Below, piece after piece: positions 46,101 to 58,914 of a DNA stretch of 64,000 bases (its first letter is position 1; the number at the start of each line of letters is the position of its first letter). The notes beneath the pieces were generated by a model that was not told where the DNA came from, did no database searches, and saw only the letters and a list, made by a program, of their open reading frames with translations. Made by a program: the position numbers and the translations under genes. Source of the stretch: Marsupella aquatica (Eukaryota; Plantae; Marchantiophyta); contig OZ316897.1 of assembly GCA_973895155.1 (NCBI GenBank), positions 1,018,515 through 1,082,514 on the forward strand, read 5' to 3'.

Positions 46101-49053
46101 CAAGATCAACCCAATTCCTCACCTCATAATCCTGAGCAAGATCCTCGTGCGCCTGTTGATTTTGGGTTTCCAAACGTTCTCTGACTAAATAAAAGACCTT
46201 TCTCTCCACCTCCTTGACGCCATATCTTTCCAGTTCTGCGTTTGTCCCATACGGCCGTGTCAATCCCCCACTCTCGTTCTCGAACAATAAGTGTTTGCTT
46301 TGTACAGTAGCGGCACGTCCATATATCTCCCCAAGTTGCTGTAGAATCTCCTTCCACATTTTGGTATTTGCTGGCAAAAAATGATCATTGTACCACTCGT
46401 CACTTACCTTTGACTGCAAAGCCAGTTTCAGATAACACCGGCGGATATGACAGAATTGGTCTCCTAGCATGGTGGTATGCCGTCGTACCCCCAACTTTTC
46501 TCTAAGCTTGCCGTTCGCACTATGTTCATCTGCAGGTTTCTGCAAATGCTTCCGTACCAACATTAGACAAGGTCGGCTGTGTCCCGACTTGGATTCTTTA
46601 GACTGCGCAAAACAGCCTCCACGCGGAAGAAATTTGCTGATCCCCCTCATCAGAATAGTATGCACCATGTCTTCCTTATGATGTCTACGGCGAATTCCGA
46701 GGAGCCTGAGGCAGAAGCTAACTGCAAGCGAGCCACAGACAGCACTGCCAATGCTGGTGGTGGTTGCCATATTGCCATACAAATCTTGTACTAGTGTGAG
46801 TGACGAAAACCCAGCAGCAGCAAATGCTCCCAAAACGCATATGATCGAACAGACAAACATGAAGGCAGTGAATACCAGCCACCTTCGAAGGCTCTCAACC
46901 GAATCTTCAATATATACATTGGCCTGTGGTAGGACAGCTTCAGCACCAGCTATTACAGTGCCGATGGCACAAAAGAAGGACAAGCTGTTGAATGTCCAAA
47001 ATATACGCAGCTTGGTATGTGTTGACTCGTGCCCATCACCCAAGGGGAGTTGCAGCCATCCTCCAAATGTTACACTTGCTATGACCGCAGCACCTACTAA
47101 AATTGCATTGGCTGCATCAACATAAACTTGTCTATCTCTATACAATCTCTCCACTCTATCCTTCACTTCTGGGACAGACTCCAACAGGTCCTGCATATCC
47201 CTCTTTCTCTCTTGACTTAAAGCTTCTGCCAGTTTGTGAGGATGCTGCCCGTCAGCGCTCTGGGCCAACATTCGGATCCCCTTCGATTTTGCTTCCGGAG
47301 AGAGCAAAGATCTGACCATTTCAGTCGCCCCTACAAACACTGCCCAATGTAAAGGAGTGAATGCACAACAATCCTCTGTGTTCACTACTAATTGTTTACT
47401 CTTGAGCAGCTCTAGAAGAACTGGAACTTTATCACTTTCACTATCACTATCACTACAGGCCATTTGCAAGGCCGTGCGCTTGAAAATGTCAAAGTCATTG
47501 ACATGAAAATTAAAAAAAGCCCACTTCATTAAACGATTCACAACTAAAGGGTGATTCCCCAAGACCGCATGATGCAATGGGGTCATCTTGAAGGTATCAC
47601 GAAGACTGTCTCTAAGGACAGTTTCTATTGTTTTCTGACTTGACTTACCTTTAAACTCTATTACCCATCCTTCAGGAAAAGTTTTACTCACCAAATCATA
47701 AGATATAGTGAGGTCGTCCAACACTGCGTGATCACCTAGAGCTGCCGCCAGGTGAACTGCTGTCCAACCGCTATTGCGTATAATCTCGTCAGTGATTTCA
47801 GGACAGAGATAGGAAGCAGGAACTCTGCAAGAAAGGTTGTATACAGAACACACTTGCCAGAAGTGCTCACTATGCGCAATTTCAGGAATGTTTTGATCAT
47901 GAACATCCTTAATCACTTGCTCAACTATCACGATTATTTTCTGTAGAGTTGCAGAACGTTCCTCGGGAGTGTCGCTACTGGCACAATTGTGCAAGACCTC
48001 TCCTGCCACCCATTTTGTCGGACCTGGAGAGTAGGAGTGATGATACCTGGACCATGCTTTCATATTAGTTAAATCTGTGAGGCGGTCTGGTTTCCACAAA
48101 TTGAAGCTCTGGATGATGTCAGACCGTCCAGAAGCACACGCCCAAGCCAAGACCACGGTCCACAAAAAGTTTTCAATCGCGGGAGTACTGCAGCCCGAAG
48201 TCTCAATGAAGCTCAGCGGGCTCTCTTTATCAACCATTTTGAAGCGTTTCGGCTGGGTCTTCAGGGGGCTCGCTTCATCAGGATCCTTGCCAATAGCTCC
48301 TTCAAAACATTTCAGAAACCTTTCAGCTTGTTTATATGCTGTAGGGTTTGGCAGAAAACACCACAGAAGAGCTCTTTTGATGCTCTCGAAGCAATCCCCA
48401 AAACTCCATGCGCCCTTAGGATCATTGCGGTACTTTTTAAGTCGGCGACATATGCCTGTCCCAACCAGGTTAGCATTTGTCCTGTGTTCACTTAACAGCG
48501 GCACTATCTCCGGCAGGCCACACAGTACGGCCCCGTGCAAAGCTCCTAATCGGTCGTTTATTACCCAGTCGGGTTCAAATTCATCCTTCTCTGCATCAAC
48601 ATAGTCAATGCCGTCAAGGAACAATTGTCTTTGAATAACGTCCGGAAAGTTCAGGATGAGGTAATTCCAAGTGAGAGACACAAATGCCGAGTCGATGGGT
48701 TGAGTCCCAGACTTATTCTTCGACGGGGACGAAAGCAACAAGTCTAGCCATACAAAACGAGGATGCTCGTAATTTGCCATGAACTTTTCCATTTCTTCAA
48801 CGTTATCCTCCATGCACATCACGCTTTTGAACTTGTTCCTGAACTCCTCGGCCCCCTTGCTCTTTTCCCGCTCGACGGGGACCTGGTCCAGTCGCTTCCG
48901 TAGCAGCTTCCGTCGCGCTGCTTGCTCTGATGAGTCCCCAGCTTCCTGGTTATTTTCTTCCTGCTGCCCAGCCTCATGTCGAGCTAATGGCTCCACTCCG
49001 TCAGCGTTCATTTGTTCATGTTCCCCTGGCTCGTCTCCAGTTGACTGCTGCAT
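43141..49053 (-). CDS. Ankyrin-repeat + PGG (4-TM) protein, predicted fused to a C-terminal alpha/beta-hydrolase (~1366 aa)
   Basis: Exons 49053-46123, 45918-45871, 45596-45522, 45228-45154, 44879-44793, 44513-44439, 44158-43520, 43311-43141; all GT-AG, phase 0 and stop-free. Ankyrin motifs WTAVHLAA, MTPLHHAV, RTALQMAC, FTPLHWAV. PGG motif RDRQVYVDAANAILVGAAVIASVTFGGWLQLPLG. Hydrolase motifs IIFFHGL, WPRDW, ARILSV, LVGHCLGG, FYFATPH, VVPEASAR, HFTVCKP. Both domains are well supported; the fusion depends on the inferred splicing. Confidence 0.75.
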
Positions 49054-50136
49054 TGCTTCGGCGTGTCTTTTTTCCTGATTCCTAGGCTCTTCTTCAGCTG
49101 ACCACTCCACGATTTTCCGCTAGTATGATTCCTGATACCCACGAATTTGTTGAGGTGACGCCTCCGGTACTGCTGCTTCTGAGTGAATTTCTTCCTGCTT
49201 GTCTCGAGCTGACGTCTCCCTTGCCATTACAGGAATACACTAAACTCGCCTCGATCGGCTCTCTTCTTCCTTACGTAAGCTTCCTGCTTCCATCTCTACT
49301 GGAGCTCGAGCTTCTTACGACTTCTGCAGCACGTCTTGAGCTTCTATAGGGTTTCTTACCAGTTTCCCTTGAATTGCTTGCCCCGACCTGACGACTCCAC
49401 TGACATTCTGTGAACACCGAGAACTCAAGCCTGCTTTCGGCTGTACTTCTGCCGCTCGTCCACTCTCATTCAATTCCTAAAATCCATCGGACCAACATCC
49501 GTGCAAAATCGATGTGAGCCCGAGCCGTTTCGAGAGGAAGCATGGTGAAGTCATATATGATCATTTATCTCTCCAAAGCGACTACACCAGGCCAGGCAGC
49601 TGTCATTTAGGACTTCACAAGACTGGTACATACAACACGACTGAAGGAAAGGAACTGCACTGCCGACGACACCAGCGTGGACGCATCCGATCATGAGCAG
49701 AACCTATCGAAGACCTCGAATGTGGTGAATCGAAACACACGTCAAAAGACTCGAGAGTTATCAAAGACTGTTATTCAGAGAACGAGTTAGAATACAGGAC
49801 AAAACAATCAAGCTACTGTAGTGCTCCCACAATCTTGATCATGAAAACAACCGATGAGAGTGTTGGAATTCAGTACAAAATAGATAAACCTCTCCCACTG
49901 TCACGCTGACTATAAATAAATCACTGATTAGAGTGATCCTTGGTGAGCAGAGATAGAGTGCAGATGTCATGTAGCACTGACTAATTGGCTGATCTAGAGC
50001 CATTTGGTCCATTTGGACTTTGGAGTGCCTCGTGACAAAGGATGTCAGATAACGCATTGAATACAGTACGACAGAATGAAAAGGAATCAGAATTCACTAC
50101 CGTAGTCCATTTGCTTTAGATAATTATATATGCTAA

Positions 50137-50160
50137 CTAGCCCAATGCAGTGCGTGCACG
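50137..50160 (-). mobile_element. Probable Helitron 3' terminus
   Basis: Minus strand reads CGTGCACGCACTGCATTGGGCTAG|T: a short GC hairpin, then CTAG, then host T. Base composition changes abruptly here and a repeat array begins. The 5' end was not located. Confidence 0.55.
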
Positions 50161-50840
50161 AAAGATGTCGAGGTGATAAAAAGATGTCCAGATGATAAAA
50201 AGATGTTGAGTGATAAAAAGATATCGGGTGATAAAAAAATGTCGAGGTGATAAAAAGATGTCCAGGTGATAAAAAGATGTCGAGTGACAAAACGATGTCA
50301 AGGTGATAAAAAGATGTCGAGATGATAAAAAGATGTCGGGGTGATACAAAGTTGTCGAGGTGATACAAAGATCAAGGTGATAAAAAGATGTTGATGTGAA
50401 AAAAAGATGTCAAAGAGAGAAAAAGATATTGAGTTGAGCAAAAGATGTCTAGATGAACAAAAGATGTTCATGAGAGAAAAGATGAGGAGGAGATAAAAAC
50501 ATTTTGAGATAAAAAAAAACATATGTCTAGGTGAGGCACAAATGTAAAGGTGATCAAAGATTTAGGGTTATATAATTGTTCATATAACCCTAAACTTTAA
50601 TGCCTGCGCACAGAAGATGTTGGGGTGAGGAAAAAATGTTGAGGTGATGACAATATCAAGGAGAGGGAAAGATGTCAAAGTGACACAAAGATGTCGAGAC
50701 GATGCAAAGAAATGTAGGCGAGCGTTGCACAAAAACTTTTGAGGCAAGGAAAAGATGTGAAAGCAAAGTCAAGGTGAGGAAAGTATGTTGAGGGATGAAA
50801 CAATTTTGAGGTGAGGAAAAGATGTCAAGGCAACGCAAAT
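50161..50840. repeat. Degenerating ~20-bp tandem array (AAAGATGTCGAGGTGATAAA)
   Basis: About 12 regular units at 50161-50400, with progressively more decayed units out to ~50840. Confidence 0.9.
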
Positions 50841-53164
50841 GAATATGGGCGAGCCCATTCTCCTTGCATTGCACAAAAAAATTGTTGTGCAAAAGATGTC
50901 ATTGCATAAAAATATTGTTGTGCTAAAGATCATATGTATAAAGATGTTGTTATGGAAACAATATTGTTAACAAAAGAGGTGATGTAGAAAAATTTTCATT
51001 ATGTAAAAGAAATTGTTGTGTAAACACTGTTCACTTGTTGCATATAGGGTTTCATTGCATATAAATATGTCTCGGTGTAAAAGATTTAGTTTTGTAGATA
51101 AAAAATGGTTATCGTCACCAATCTTGCATCCCATTCTCTCACCAAGCATGGTCTCGCAAAGGGAGAGTTTTTTTTTGAAAAATAATAATTTTAATTTCAA
51201 TTTTTGGTGTGCACAAAAATATTAAACTATCCCCGGATTATTTTACTTCTCATCTTTTCCCCACCTTTTACTACTTTTCCCTTCCTTACTTATTTTTTCT
51301 ATATCCCCCCCCCCCCCCCCCTTTTTCCTTGAGGCCAACTTCTTATCCTTATGGTGCAAGTGTCGTATCTTTTGGGGAGTGTATAACCTCTATGAGGAAC
51401 CAAAAAGTAAAATCTAATTAGCCCCATCATTGCTGTACTTTCAAGTACAATTTCCCACAGGCATATAGCATTAAATGGTCAAGTGTGCCTTGGAGGTGGT
51501 ACCTTGGCCTTACGTGCCTTTGACAGTGTACCTTTGCCTCTGAAATAAAACTAAAGAGACAAATAGATGATTTTGGTATATTTGATGGTCATTAAAAATT
51601 ATCATTTCAATGGATGATCTATTCCCGCCTTTTCAAATTTTTGTAAGCAGACGAAGCCCAGAAATGGGCCGGATTCGATATTATAGTAACTTGATACTTG
51701 ATATGTAGTGTCTCGTGACAAAGGGGGCCGGGTCAGACGATGCATTAATAATGTCTGACAGAATGAGGGGGACCAACAAATCTCATTTATCGTACTTGAG
51801 TGGATCCACCAAGAGCGCACTTTCTCTCCTTAATTAATATCACATGTGAATGTGGTGCAGATCGTTTCAGGTTCAATAATCTCATCAGTCTGACTGTATG
51901 ACAGTGCCTTTGGGCAGAAACCATAATGTCCGGACTCAAATAAACTCACCTTTTTTTTCCCGGCTTTGAAAGCCCAGACCGATCCAAGTAAGTATGGACG
52001 TTTTACTTGGGCATATGCACCACTAGGGTAACCCCTACATCAGGAAATTAGGGTTCCTATTATTTTACAATTAAACAATGATTTATAAACCCACGAAGGT
52101 GCGATAAGAATACACTGTAAAATCATAAATGTTATCATGTTGACCTAGCATTACTGGATATTTGTGGGTGCCACAATGATTCATTGCTTTGTAATTTTCA
52201 CAAAATATTACATTAACAAATCATTGGGCTCATCGTGATGATTCATTGTCAACTTATTCCACATTTATTCTTGCATGATTCTACAATGAAATACATTGTT
52301 GGATCATTAGATTTTCATTGTTAGATCAATGTTTGGTCAATATTGTATGGACAATGTTACAATGTATTTTCAATACATTTGGTAATAAAAACCATTCTTC
52401 AATTAATAGACTTTCATTGATAGATCAATATTTGGTCAATGTTGTCTCAATATTATAACAATGTAGTTTCAACGTCCAATCATCAAGGATCAGATTAAAT
52501 TTCATTGATAATATATCAGTAAACCAGCATCTCTTCTTCTTCTATATAATGATAGGTATCTAATGTTGATAAGACAATGATAGATACCTTTATTTTCATT
52601 AATATGTCATGGGTCATTGGTACTTACTATCTACATTATATTTTGGACAAGCATATATCAATGTTTTTCCTTATCTTCTTTGCATAATCTCTAAGGTTTA
52701 TGGATAGTTTATTTGAGGGTACAACTTTACATTTTACATCAATGTTTCAACATCTTTCATTTATCTTTACACCAATACATATTCTTATATTCCATGTTGA
52801 ACTAATAGAATGGAATTAATTTGTCATTTCAATATAGTTTCCGAGTCTAAGATACAACATTATTTCAATGTTGTTGCGTATACATTCCACATCACATTTA
52901 GGATAGGGGTACTAAAATTGACATAGGAATCACTTTCGAAAGACCTTTACAAAGAGAAATATGTCAAGTATTTGCAACTATGAAAAAACTTCAAAACATT
53001 TCATTTTAAAGACAAAGACGATAAAGAGTACATGATACAAGAGGGTCAACTCATCCCTCTACCTACATTCCGTCTCTTCATATAGCCACTATAATAGTCT
53101 GCAATTATTCAATAGTCACATATCTTCCTATCATCAATTAGGACAAGACTCACTATCCTAAATC

Positions 53165-55517
53165 TCATTCCATCACAATACGAATCCTACTCATGTCCTT
53201 TCTGTATCCTTTAACTTTTTCCTCCATCTCACTCATGCACCTGTGATGGAGATGCATTCGTGATGCCTCCATCACTCTGCCCTCCATAGCCAACTCAAGC
53301 TGCAATTACAAATGAATGATTAGAATCCATTATATGTGCAAGAAAAACCTTAATTAGAGATGTACTATACCTTAAATCTGTAATAAAGAAACTGAACACC
53401 AAACTTGTAAAGGAGTAAATAATGATACTCACATTATGAAAAAAGAATCCAGCCTGATGAACACTGATTGATATAGGACATTCTTTGTCATATCTAATTC
53501 CCTTCAGCACACGGGAAATAGAATGATGAATGGTCAAGGTACCCCATGGATCATATCTATCTCCTTCACTGTCACTCCTCCACTCTCTATTCCTTCTCAA
53601 TGATGCTAATCTGTCTTTCCAGTCTGTTACAGCTATGTCTGATCCATCTCTGGGCTTAGGTGTTCCAAGCTGAGCATAGAACTCTTCCCTTAGTACCTGC
53701 AAAAACATTGAAAACATAACAGCCATAGTTAATAATCAATAAACAATACAAGTTATTATAAAACAAACACTGCAGATAACACTTCATCAATCCAATGACT
53801 GAAAAGGACTGGATGATGAAGGAAAGAGAACTTACTCTCAAGATAGCCCCTCGCCTATCCCGAATATTGTCAAAAACTTTCCCCATGATACTTTCTTGAC
53901 CTCCTTTCCCCCATTGTGTAAAAAATTGTTCCACTTTATCTCTGTCATTCATGCCAACACCAAAAGCTTGCAAAATTCTGGGAATCAATTGATGTTCAGA
54001 CGGATACAGTGTACACTCTGCATCAGAGCCAAGTAGAAATGACGAAACCACATCAGTCAATACTTTACTGACACATTCCCATCTACAGTGTCGAGGCAGC
54101 TCCACAATCTTATGCAAAACTCCGGTTTGGATCCTCTGTAGGTTGGCCACAGTGCTCTTATATTCTTTTACTTGTTCTATCATTGCCTTGTAGTGCAATC
54201 TCTCAAAGGCATCTGGAGTATCTGTTCTCTGTCTGCACACCATGAAAACAACTATTAGTATCTTCATTGTTTTACCAAAAGCATCAAGTCTGAAAACCAA
54301 ACCTTGTGAAATAAAAATAGATGTTCACATAATGATCTTTACCTGCAAGGGCTCTGATTAGCCATATCATCAGGCTGTTGTCTGCTTGGATCGCTATCAA
54401 GAACTCTACTTGGATTTCTGCTCCTATCCCAAGCCACTATCTGGTCTCTACAAAGATTAAACAAACACATTAGTTTATAATAGTAAACTTGACATAATCT
54501 GTTAGGTAAAAGAAACTTGTATCACTTTCATATTTACCTGATAGGTCCTTCACTGTTCATAGAGTCTCTTCTGTGTACTTCTGACCTTCCTGGTCTAGGA
54601 ATTTCCTCTCTGCAAAAGAGGAAAAAAACCATTAGTTCACAATACTAAACTTTACATGATCTATTAGTTAAAATAGAATTGTATAACTATCATATGTACC
54701 TGATAGGTCTTTCACTGTTCACAGAGTCTCTTCTGTGTACTTCTGACCTTCCTGGTCTAGGAGTTTCCTCTCTGCAAAAGATTAAAAAAAACCATTAGTT
54801 TTCAATACTAAATATTACATAACCTTATACATAAAAGAGACTTGTATAACTTACATGGTTACCTCATAGGTCCTTCATTGTTCACAGAGTCTCTTCTCTG
54901 CACTTCCGGCCTTCCTGGTCTAGGAGTTTCCTCTTCCTCTCTGCATTTTAACAAAATGCGAATGGCAAATTATTGAATCGTCAATTCCAATACAGTTCAC
55001 AAACCTAAAGCAAAAATTAATAAATTAAATCAAGAGTACAATGTACCTGATATTTTCGTCATCAGCCAGATCAACATACTTCCTTCTCTTGGTTGTTGTA
55101 ACATCTGTTTCATTACCAGTGGTAGACCTGGGCCTGGGTGCCCTCTGTGTTTGAAATCTACACAATCCCAAGAAAGAGAAGGTTATATAATCATATAAAT
55201 CTAGATCATCTCAATAGCAATACATTTTTAAAAAACACCTTGTACCTCATGTAAGGTGAGTGCCTTCCACTGCCTCCATCTTCTTCTGGAGTTGTTTCAT
55301 TTCTGATGGGGGATTCCGATGTACCCATGTTCAATTTTTTCCTGGCGGCACCATGCCTAGTGCGAAGGGACCAGTCATTGTCTTGAGATGAAAAAATTCC
55401 TTCAGCGGATGCTGTGTTAGCTCTCCCTTTACCCTGAGTTGGTTTTCTCTGTGATGACATCACAATGTCATAAGCTGCAGCGGGCCCATTGGCTGTCAAC
55501 CGTCTTCTACAAGTCAT
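53165..55517 (-). CDS. Uncharacterised 501-aa protein, 9 coding exons, one exon triplicated
   Basis: Exons 55517-55246, 55157-55047, 54940-54863, 54771-54700, 54609-54538, 54447-54343, 54232-53836, 53696-53433, 53299-53165 total 1506 nt; all GT-AG with matching phases and no internal stop. No family recognised. Confidence 0.7.
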
Positions 55518-56283
55518 CTGTAGAAGTAAAAAATGCAGGTAGATTAATATTCGTCCAAAAGTTGGCTACAAACTACAGTCACACTAACATAGGATAAAAC
55601 GACCACACAATCACAGAAAGGTCTAAACACTTGTCCAAAACTATTCTCTTCTCTTCCTCCACCGACTGTAGCTCGCAGCTCCCTTGTCTCCTCTTGCCTT
55701 GCCTCATTGCCTGCTCCTTCGTGGTCAGCCGCCACTCCTCTCCACTTCCACAATCGACACTCCCAATTCCAACTCCCGCTCAGCAGACCTGCAGAGTCTC
55801 ACTCGATGCAAATCGGCCATTGGTTGGTCGGTACAGAAATCTGCAAGCTTCTGCGCAATGGCAGGGACTGGGTCTGGGTCTTTGGGACCAGGGCCTGGAG
55901 CTGGAGCTGGAGCTGGATGCAGCACGGTAGAGGTTGGACGCAGATGCAGCACAGCAGCAGTTGGTGGAAGAAAGTTGCAGGCCAGCCAGCGAGCAAGGAA
56001 GCAGATTCTCCGGAGGAATAGAGAAGCTCGAGGACGGCGACCATAGTACTAGTTTGAAACTCTTCTCTTCTCTTCTCTCCTCCGCCTTTCTTCCACTCAC
56101 TCTTCTCTTTGACGGACGCAAGGCAAACAACAACAACTGATCCTCCTCCACCCGCACGAAGTAGAATAAAAGATCGCAACATACCTCGCCAAATGCGTAA
56201 TTCTAATACACGCTGCTTTCCTTTTCCTTTCCTTTGCCTCCCTTCGCCTCGCCTCGTCGTCTCGTGTAGTCTGGTCTTGTCTT

Positions 56284-56357
56284 CTTCTGTTCTGTTCTGT
56301 TCTGTTCTATTCTGTTCTGTTCTGTTCTGTTCTGTTCTGTTCTGTTCTGTTCTGTTC
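56284..56357. repeat. (TTCTG)n microsatellite
   Basis: Near-perfect pentanucleotide run. Confidence 0.95.
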
Positions 56358-58914
56358 TCGTCTCGTCACTGAATGCTCAAACATCCCGCATACAGACACA
56401 GAGTTGTAATGGTAAGATATCTGTGCTGAGCTTTGACAAAATGAGTAAACCAATCATAGTCGCGAACGAAAGTAGAGACAGAGTTTAGATTTTGTTGCGG
56501 GGGCTTAAAAAAATGCGTCGACCTGAGAACTTCCTGCCAGCCCACCCGCCTCTCTCCCTGGCGATCAAGTTCATCGAGCGCCACATTTTCGGCATCAGCC
56601 AAATTCTCACATCAATGACGACAACCCAACGATTCACTCCCACACTTACACATCCATCAATCGTACCCGAACAGTAAGACATAAAAGACTCTTTGACACA
56701 GCAAAAAATTTCAAAAATATTCAAGAAATCATCGGATTCAGTCTTGCACTTCCTACTTCTCTTTCCCCATTGATGACATGGAGACGACGTTCGGCGTGAT
56801 GACATGAGATGAACGAACGAATGAATGCACGACGTATTATAACATGCACCTGATAATTCTGCAACAAAAGATGATCAGACGCAGCAACAGATATCTGCAC
56901 TGCAACTCTGGTTGGCCTTCTGTATCAAAATGAACTGCTTGACTGTAGACTCCCTACTTCAAAGTCTGCACAGTACGGTGGAGCATCAGCAGGCCCTCCC
57001 AGAGAAGCGGGGAGAGCTCTCAGTTTTCTTTACGAACACCTAAAATTTGGCGACAATAGATGACCAGACGCAGCAGACGACGCCTACGCCTCCGCTCTGC
57101 TACTACGCTCTATGAATGTGCTCCCAAAGACTGAGTGAGAGAAGGGACAGCACAACGAGAGTTGCCGCTCCTGCACAAACGCATTATGTCCTTCGCTCAA
57201 GACGTCGATCCTTCCTCGGCGATCTGGAAAGGCCACACGAGGCACGAATAAAGGTAATAAACAAAAAATGGCAAAGAACTTGAACCTCTGAAGGTGACCA
57301 AAGGTTGCAAGAGGCCCGAGTAAAGCCAATTGAATCACAACATTTGGCTTCGACATCGAAACGTGCTCTGAAGGTGTGGCAGGAGTGAGGCGTGAATAAA
57401 GCTACTTAAATCAAATCAATGGCTCAGAAATCAAACCTGAAAGTGAGTTTTAGGTGACAACTTCACTAAAATCTGGAGCTCAGATACAGAGCATGTATCC
57501 CACGATATTCACCACCGATCGTTTGGCCCACGCCCTGGCCTCTGCTCTCGCCGGTCGTCTCTATTTTCTGTTGTTCTCAAGCAAATGTTCGCCAATAAAC
57601 TTGAAAGGACAAGCACTAGTACCTTCAACTACCTTGATGTTGGCCAGAGCAGATCCGAACATGTGACTGATGTACTGCACAGAATTATATTACAATGCTA
57701 GTACAATATCGATGCAGAAACGTCGGGAGCAAAAGCCTCCCGTTGATTACAACTTTAGACAACGGGTAGAGAAAATACGTACCTGGTACCTGAGTCATGG
57801 TCTTCATGCAAGATGAATCGCGATGGACGCTGAGAAGAGAATGGACCTCAAGGAATACGGGAATTGAGAGCATCAGCGCATTCCTTTATCTCATCTACCA
57901 GTCTTGCTCTTCCCTACCTCTCCCTCCCCCTAGTTCGTCTCCCCCTTGCGGAGTTCCTCCCCTTTCTCGGAGTTTCTTCCCTTTCTCCCCCACAAAAAGA
58001 AACAACAGCAGGATCATCAAAGGAATGATGTCCGAGCAGCATGATTGTGTCCAACCTCGATCCTCCAAGTAAACCTTTAATTAAAAAAAACTTAATCAGA
58101 CAAAAAATAATACAAGTCTCAAGTTCATCAACATATTTACGTAGCCCCGCCTTATGCCAATTCAAAAAATATAACCATGGATAAAATTATTAACCATAGT
58201 GAATCTTGAAATTTACAAGAGACTATCAACAATTCCAGATTTTGCGACTGCAAGCAGAGTGAAAGAAGAGGGGTCTAATCACTCCGTCACGTAAGTTATC
58301 TCCATTGCAAACCATACAAAGATAAATACGTAGCGACTGCAGGATGCAGGAGTAAACTATACTATTTAAATTTCTTAGCTGGAGCCACTCTCGAAATTCA
58401 CATTGAAAAAATAGCACACCTACATATAGTGTCAAAAGCCAAGATACCTCCAAGGTCCAGTCTCACACTGCAAAACAAAAACGATGTGGCGATAATGAGA
58501 CTACTTGAAACAGAGATGAGAACGTACTGTATCCTTTGCTGTCACCTCATCCAGCCCAGGACTCTTATGCTTTGGTGGCTCTCCCAAAGCAGTCATTCCA
58601 CCTGTTCCAATAGCGCTGGTAGTAAGCCTCCTTCGGGCACCCTCAACAACATCAGCATTTCTTTGTGCCTCGCGACCTTCCTGCCCTCCTATTCCCCCAC
58701 ATATCAGAGGACCATAAGTCAATAGCAAACCTTAGTACTGCCAACATAGCCTCGATCCTGTAGAAAAACACCATAACATGACCCCAGAAACAGCAAAGAA
58801 GAATAAGCATCTCGCTCTCATCAATCTCCAATCCCATTTAGTTTGAATATATGGCAACCAGCGCCAGGAGCCCAAGAAGCAAGATAGTAAAATTGAACCA
58901 TTCTCACTAGACTA

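Noticed and set aside
46096-46122. The TGA at 46096 as the true end of the ankyrin protein
   Set aside because: A phase-0 GTGAGG donor precedes it and five in-frame exons follow. Kept only as a possible intron-retention isoform.
50161-50400. Regular ~20-bp repeats as a CRISPR array, and the repetitive ORFs over them
   Set aside because: Units are adjacent with no unique spacers, the context is eukaryotic and there are no cas genes. The ORFs are by-products of the repeat.
51982-51995. Minus-strand ATACTTACTTGGA resembles the U1 snRNA 5' end (ATACTTACCTGGA)
   Set aside because: Similarity stops after 13 nt; no U1 stem-loops or Sm site follow.
56366-56805. Short minus-strand ORFs as Helitron Rep/helicase remnants
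   Set aside because: No HUH or PIF1 helicase motifs visible.
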